DNA from: Octopus vulgaris
Taxonomy: Eukaryota
Direction of reading: 5' to 3'
Assembly (NCBI GenBank): GCA_951406725.2
Contig: OX597833.1
Span: 35,402,001-35,466,000, forward strand
DNA length: 64,000 nt
In this document: positions 57,064-64,000 of the stretch, piece by piece
How the letters are laid out: every line of letters starts with the position of its first letter
Position numbering within the stretch: the stretch's first letter is position 1
Made by a program: the position numbers and the translations under genes
The notes under the pieces: model-generated
What the model saw: the letters and a program-made list of their open reading frames with translations, nothing else
Databases searched by the model: none
Told to the model about the DNA's origin: nothing

Positions 57064-57798
57064 CGTGTGTGTGTGTGTGTGTGTATACAGATGGATAGAT
57101 GGATAGATAGATAGTCCAGACATTGTCCTCGTGAAGCACACGTAAAGTAATCAAATATATGTCAATGCTTCATAGTAAATGAGAAAATGTAAAGAGGCAA
57201 AATTTAGGAGATCTTATACATGGACTCTCTCACTCGCTCGCTCTGTTTTCCCCTTTCTCACACACACACCGACATAAATAATATTAATTTATCACATTTC
57301 AAACGTTATTATCATTGTTATTAGGACTTATATTTATATTCATTACGTATTTCCTATAAGGTAATGAGACCCCTATAACATGGGATAAAAATATGGCAAA
57401 TCTTCCATATTTATAAATATATATGTGTGAGTGTGTGGGGAGGTGATTATTTATGTAAATATGCCTTTATCTGTAAGAATGAAATGATTATGCTTATAAC
57501 ACGTAAACACATGTTACTTGTTACTCAGATTTGTAGATTATGAGATTGTGCAAAAATTTTCAAGAGAGATGGCCTATATTGAATTGAATCTTAAAGACTG
57601 TTACAGATAATTATTTGAACGGTAATATATTATATGTATGCATGCATGTATCTATACACACACTTATATACACACATGTGCGACTTAATATGTGCGTGTT
57701 TGTGTGTGCATATATTTGTATGTATAGATGTATGTGAATGTATTGATACATATATGTATATAAATACTTACATATATATATATACAGATATATATACA

Positions 57799-57847
<49 letters not shown>

Positions 57848-57908
57848 ATGTGTGTGTGTGTGTGTGTGTGTATGTTATATTTGTACGTATAAATGTTTGC
57901 GTTTATGT

Positions 57909-57962
<54 letters not shown>

Positions 57963-58038
57963 GTAAATATATATATATATATATATACACACACATATCT
58001 CTTTCCCTACAGACATAGATATACGTTATAAATATATA

Positions 58039-58079
<41 letters not shown>

Positions 58080-58104
58080 GTACATACATACATACGTATA
58101 CATT

Positions 58105-58154
<50 letters not shown>

Positions 58155-59560
58155 GCACATATACATGACTTTGTGATAACTGAGAAACTATATCATTGAC
58201 TAAGGTTTCATTCCATTACACTTGTAAAGCTGGAGTAGTTTATATAAGAACATTTTGCATAAACCCAATCCTGGTGTAAGAGCTTTTGATTACTTCGGGT
58301 TTCGCAATCGGTTTGACATTACTTCGTAACCACATATCAGTACGATCATTTGGAGAGTAAATATCTTACACATTCCCAACATGACTTGTTCTCAGAATAT
58401 GTTTTACGCCTTTACATTTTTGCAGTTAGATGCATTTGTTTACGTGTCATTAATGAGTTTATTTCCCGCTCACGCTCTGATTATGATTCTTCGATTTCTT
58501 GAATTCTTGGATTCTAAATCCTTCAGATCATTTGTGTAACGGAAGCTACTATATAGGGCTAATAAATACGTAATTAAAACATCCAAACATTAATTTGCAT
58601 ATTGATTTCATCACAAATATTGTTGATAGCATTGACGTCATTGATACGTTGTGTTGTCTTTGATTTTTCTGTTAATAAACATATCTGGTAAGATTTGCTG
58701 TTCGTATAAATGAGGTGATGTCAGAGAGAGATATTTCAAACTGGAACGACTTAATATATTCCCTCGAGATACACTAATCAGAATTATTGTATATCTTGAA
58801 AGAATATTGTTGGTTGTAACAGCTTAATTACCTTCCTCAAGATCAAGCTCCCAGTATGCTGAGATTAAAAATTTGATGAGATAGTTTCGTAACCAACTCG
58901 ACGAATGCCTATCTGAAGTAGAGACAAAGCACATTTACGTGTGACTGGTTGAGCGGCGACTTAATTCGCTATTGCAATTCGGTAGTCGAAAATCGAGCTG
59001 AATATCACCTGGGAAGTAGTTTTTCACTTTAGAACATGAAGTTACTTCCGATTATTCAGTCAACACTATGTTGATATTTAAAGTCGGCGAGATAGGCTTG
59101 TAACATTTTAGCATCTGCTCTACGTTTTCCCTCGTAAAAAGAATATATACCTTCTTTCAGATTTTTTGGGGATTACAAAGATTTCATTTGCATTTTCTTA
59201 AGAAAAATCTCGGGAAGAACTCAGGCTTAATCTATGGTTAATATTATAACTTAATCGTTGCTTATTTATGGTTGTTACTTCCCTATGAAGTGTTGTTTTA
59301 AAATAACTCATCAAACTTAATTATTTCAAAATACCCCAGCAGGGTAGTGGGAACATGAGCTCTACATTCAGTATTTCATGTATTCTTTGGTAGTGTGTAA
59401 CCAATGAGATATTTGCTGCAAATAGACGGCTATACTTTGTTAGTAACTAAAGCTGAGTCTTTTGAAATTTATAGAAAACTTAAGAGTTCGCTTTTATACC
59501 TTCTACAGGTAAAAACATTAAAAAGGTAAAATAATATGTGTTAAGTAGGCAAACTGGTGT

Positions 59561-60430
59561 GCTAGTGCTGGAAAGAAGTGTCACGTGGCATGAGAGACTG
59601 CAATATTGCAACCTTGCACAAGAACAAAGGAGATAGAAGCCATTGTAACAACTACAGAAGATTATTCTTGTTGAGTGTCGTTGAGATGGTCCGAAACAGA
59701 TTATAGAGAATCCCTGAAAGGATATACCCCCCCCCCAATCGTCTCAGTGGTGTTTCAGGTCAAAATGCTTCACAATTGAAATAGTCTTCTTACATTGACA
59801 ATTACAAGATAAGTGCAGAGAGCAAAGACAACCATTCTACATAGCTTTCATTAACCTCTTAAATCTACTGAGTTGAGATGGTCTTTTCAGAACTTTTCTC
59901 AAGATTGGGCGTTCCGAGGTTAGTCATAATTGTTTAGTCATTCTACACAAACATTAACTGTGTCATTCTCAGAAATATGCTGGTATTTGCAATGAAGTGT
60001 AACAAAGCTCTGTGCTCGTTTTCGCCGGAAAAGAGTAGTCTCAACACGAACTATGCTGACATTGCGAGTCTGGGAGAACATAAAGCTAACTGCGTACACA
60101 AATATTGAAGTTTACTCAGCTTGCGTCCGCAACACACAAAGTTATAAGAGTGGAGCTTGGAACAGCTACTCCAGACTAGAGCAGAGTCTCAATACTTACC
60201 ACCTACGTATCTCGAAAATGATTCTGAAAACTTCAAGAGGACTACTGAATAACGAAAAAAGAGTTCCTGGTTCTTGCAGAAGTACTAAGTTTTCTCATTC
60301 CTCTCCCTAGTGCAACAACGATGCCTCTGCTGGTTAAATCATTTACATTGTTTGTAAGATGGAAAAGTCCTGAAAGTCTATTGCATATCGAACTGGCTTC
60401 TGGCAGGGGAACATATGAGTGAAACTGGTT
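59561..60430 (+). mobile_element. RTE-clade LINE relic (RT and C-terminal region, heavily decayed)
   Basis: MRDCNIATLHKNKGDRSHCNNYR; ERIYP..SQWCFR; QLQDKCREQRQPFYIAFINL; LTLRVWENIKLTAYTNIEVYSACV; QRCLCWLNH...DGK..ELASG. All align by eye to typical RTE ORF motifs. Confidence 0.85.
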
Positions 60431-60461
60431 TTATAAGGAGTTAGATGACTATATATATATA

Positions 60462-60991
60462 TTTGTGTATCAAATAGCTAACTTAAGGCGATGGCCTCAT
60501 GGAGCTAATAAGCGGACAGCTTTATTCTTATTTTTATAAGAATGCCATATTAGTATGGCGATAACTATTATTTTCCGGGAACGCTGCCGTTGTTCTCTTT
60601 TAGAGAGACTTAGTAATTTTAATATTTCTATTATTGAAAACAAGTGGATGTATTCCACCGAAGCTAGGTAAATAAAACCTTCGAACAGAGATTGTCAGAA
60701 GCGACACCTACTGGTCTGGCTACGCTGCATTGAAAAGGGGCAATACCCCGAAACGCGTCTGTAGCTGCCGGTCAAGTAGTGTGGAGCGACTGACCTCCCT
60801 TGTTCGAAGGTTATATGGATACAGTTTGTGTATCAAATAGCTAACTTAAGGCGATGGCCTCATGGAGCTAATAAGCGGACAGCTTTATTCTTATTTTTAT
60901 AAGAATGCCATATTAGTATGGCGATAACTATTATTTTCCGGGAACGCTGCCGTTGTTCTCTTTTAGAGAGACTTAGTAATTTTAATATTTC

Positions 60992-60997
<6 letters not shown>
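60462..60997 (+). mobile_element. Retrozyme-like / Penelope pLTR-like partial tandem (363-bp period, 173-bp identical direct repeats) in (TA)n
   Basis: 60462-60634 is identical to 60825-60997; the 190-bp spacer contains a hammerhead; TA repeats on both sides. Confidence 0.75.
60724..60765 (+). ncRNA. Minimal type I hammerhead ribozyme with U3-A8 core variant (predicted)
   Basis: GCUGCA-UUGAAAA-GGGG CAAUA CCCC-GAAA-CGCG-UC-UGUAGC: 6-bp stem I, 4-bp stem II, palindromic minimal stem III ACGCGU, GUC cleavage site after 60759. Confidence 0.8.
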
Positions 60998-61056
<59 letters not shown>

Positions 61057-61599
61057 CATACGTATATATAAACACAGACGCGCATGTACGCACAAATACA
61101 TACATAAATATACACACACATTAATAGTTATACATATATAGAAAATAGAAATGTGTGTGTATATATATATATATATATGTGAGAGAGAGAGGGAGATCAT
61201 ATCTAGTATCACATGCCGCATTTTCTTTCAATTATCTTTGATACTTTTGACGTGATATTCTCTGGCTGTGAGACATCACGTGGTCAGTAATACATTGTCC
61301 AGTGTAGTTGTGTTATCTATGAAGGATTATGTGACTACGCAGATGGGTCTACTTATCATTTTCATTATTATTATTATTATTAGTTTCATGGGAATCACCG
61401 TCTTTCTTCTGGTATAAAGCGCTGTCCTGGCCTAGTGGTAATTTTAGCGAAAGTGGCTTTCTCATGACCATTCTGATTAGTCTCCTCGATGGAAGCTAAC
61501 GTTATCGTGAACTCATCATGCACCAACACACTCTACGTCACTCTGCATGCATGTTAATAATACTTAATCGACTGGACAGTTCTTCCTCTTTTTTCTAAT

Positions 61600-62760
61600 A
61601 ACCGTCCATTCTGACTCAACTAACACTTCTTAGTAATATGTAAACCATTCACGATGATTCATTCGGAAGTACAATCTCAACACTTTCTTATCACCTATTT
61701 GTGCTGTCTCGGATATATTTCATACTTTAAATTCATTCTGAAATGTGGCGCCAGTGTACATGTAGATTCCACTCTTCCAGACTTATCTATCTTTATTGGA
61801 CTTAAGAAGCAATAAAGACATTTAGTTATTCTTGTTCAAAGTCTCCCCTCACCTTTCTTTAAATACAATCTTCCCGTTCTATCCCTGACTGGACTCTTCT
61901 AACCACCTCTCTAACAATCTCTCTTCCAACATCGGGAACATTTATCTCGATTTACCTTTCTCTGATGCTGTTGTTCTCGACGACAGCAATGCCAACAAAC
62001 CTTCCTTGTTCTCATGCTTAAACACAAATGATGCCACATAAACCGAATATTTTTCAACCCAATGTTGTCCTACTGCTAGTTCCATCTCTAAGCAGGTCAC
62101 AGGCACTTCAAAAAAACCTTGATCTTTTTCTTAAAACCCGGCCTTTAGCAAATCATATCTGCACCTATCGGGTAGTGCAATTTCCTCCTTATCTCGACTA
62201 TTATACCACACATCCTTATACAGCGCAACAGCTCCACCCCCAACAGCTCCCAGACTCTAAGGTACAAAAAGTCAGTTGGCTAGTCGGGGCTATGTCAGTT
62301 CTATGTTAACTAACTACACCAATGCATATGCTTCACCTCTTACTTATAGGAGACAACTAAACGTGTGAATGAAACCATCTTCTTGGGTATGGCCCAAGCC
62401 AAACGAAATGCCATAATTCCAGATAGCCCGAATGTTCCACCGATTGCTACTCTGCTGCAGTTCAGCCAGTAAAGAATGATTTACAACCATCTTTACACTC
62501 ATCTTTACAAACTGAATGGTTTTTACTCTAAACTGCAAATCTTGTAAGAAAGTTAACCGAGATGCTACGATGCGTCCGTTTAACGCACTGCACGCATCAT
62601 TTGTTTAACGAGATGCAGCTGGTATTTAGGACCCTTGTGAACTTTGCGGAATCCTCATTCCTTCTACTTCTCTACTCTGAAAGGCGTACTTTCACTTTCA
62701 AAACTGTAATTATCAACAGATTGGCTTTCGTACAGTTTCATCTCCCCTATGTAAGTCAAC
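61600..62760 (+). mobile_element. Very old LINE relic, APE-endonuclease-like region (CR1/Jockey-group-like, uncertain)
   Basis: DAVVLDDSNAN (61964-61996) resembles the APE 'GDFNAH' motif and LDLFLKT (62118-62138) resembles 'LDLFLT'. C/T-rich LINE-like composition. Confidence 0.4.
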
Positions 62761-62814
62761 AATAGGTCCGTGTTGTGGCACATGACAGCAGAAAATATAA
62801 ATATAAACCTATAC

Positions 62815-62893
<79 letters not shown>

Positions 62894-62934
62894 ACACAAA
62901 ACAAGTATGTGTTACATGTTTATAAATATATACA

Positions 62935-63361
62935 CAGGGTGGGTGAAAAGTAAGCGGGCATTAACGATTGGTAATAAAATCCATTTTTCTTTTATAAATT
63001 TATTGAAACAAATGGGAAAATGGGCCACTTTTTCTTGCATCGTTCACGGAGCCCGTGGTCATCAGCTTTGCATAACAACTTTTTATTGTCTCCGGACGTA
63101 GTGTTGCATGCTTACCTTTCCCTGCACGCCACCATCTCTGAACCAAAACAATCGAATTTCACAGTTCATAGCGTACTGCTATCGTAGCTCGCTTCTGAGC
63201 AGTCAAGCGATCGGTCATCTGGAAAATAAGAAATGAGACAGTAAGAAACTAAAAGATCCCCTTCGTGTTGTCTATTTAAAAAAAAGGTTTTCGTCATGAC
63301 TTCAGTGATATTAAAAATTGTATAAGCAATTTCTAATGCCTAGTTACTTTCACCCACCCTG
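62935..63361. mobile_element. Tc1/mariner-type MITE (427 bp)
   Basis: TIRs cagggtgggtgaaaagtaa..ggcatta / taatgcctagttactttcacccaccctg; TA on the right flank and CA on the left, in microsatellite context. Confidence 0.85.
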
Positions 63362-63376
63362 TATACGTATGTATGC

Positions 63377-63453
<77 letters not shown>

Positions 63454-63590
63454 AGTCTGTCTGTCTGTCTGTCTGTCTGTCTGCCTGTATGTCTGTCTTT
63501 CTGTCTGTCTACCCATCTATCTATACGTGGGTGTGTGCTCCAGCATCATGGCCGCAGTCAAATGACTGAAACAAGTAAAATAATAAAATA

Positions 63591-63623
<33 letters not shown>

Positions 63624-63665
63624 TGTATGTATGTATGTATGTATGTATGTATGTATGCATGTATG

Positions 63666-63741
<76 letters not shown>

Positions 63742-63763
63742 TGTGTGTGTGTGTGTGTATACA

Positions 63764-64000
63764 CAGGGTGCAGTGAATAAGTTGTTGTCTAATTTGCTCA
63801 AAAGTGAATATAACACTGATATCTCATTTTAACAGATATATTTACCAAAATTACATTGAAATACTAAAGAGTAAATTTATTCATTAAAATTATCATTGGC
63901 CTCCAGACAACTTCGGAATCTCTTGCAACTCCTTGCCTTCAGTTCGTCTTTGGTGTCTCGCTCAGCTGCACCCCACACATAATAATAAGGGGTGTGCAGT
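63764..64000 (-). mobile_element. 3' end of a Tc1/mariner-superfamily transposon with a deleted transposase remnant; continues beyond the window
   Basis: Terminal cagggtg... motif. The minus strand encodes YYVWGAAERDT/KDELKAR/SCKRFRSCLEA, resembling the C-terminus after the 'NPLDYYVW' motif of DDxD transposases. Confidence 0.7.

Noticed and set aside
60462-60997. LTR retrotransposon or TRIM
   Set aside because: The direct repeats lack TG...CA ends and a clear PBS/PPT; the hammerhead and rod fold fit a retrozyme or pLTR better.

Overview
AT-rich eukaryotic non-coding DNA (intergenic or large-intron), saturated with microsatellites and repeats. The repeat families resemble those I associate with Octopus/coleoid cephalopod genomes (inference, not database-checked). 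No intact protein-coding gene is supportable, and almost all listed ORFs are microsatellite artefacts. Recognisable content: a decayed near-full-length Tc1 transposon nested in a SINE; three head-to-tail R4/Dong-like (RLE) retrotransposon relics plus a fourth at (TAA)n tracts; an RTE-clade LINE relic; mariner-type and hAT-type MITEs; and more than 20 tRNA-derived SINE copies. The most interesting signal is a set of small non-coding insertions in or next to (TA)n tracts. Two carry hand-foldable type I hammerhead ribozymes: 60724-60765, with a compensatory U3-A8 core, inside a 363-bp partial tandem that folds as a rod, and 56955-57005. A third family has three degenerate hammerhead-like copies. 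Several others form long fold-back palindromes, including a perfect 184-bp one. Together these point to Penelope-like/retrozyme-type RNA elements.
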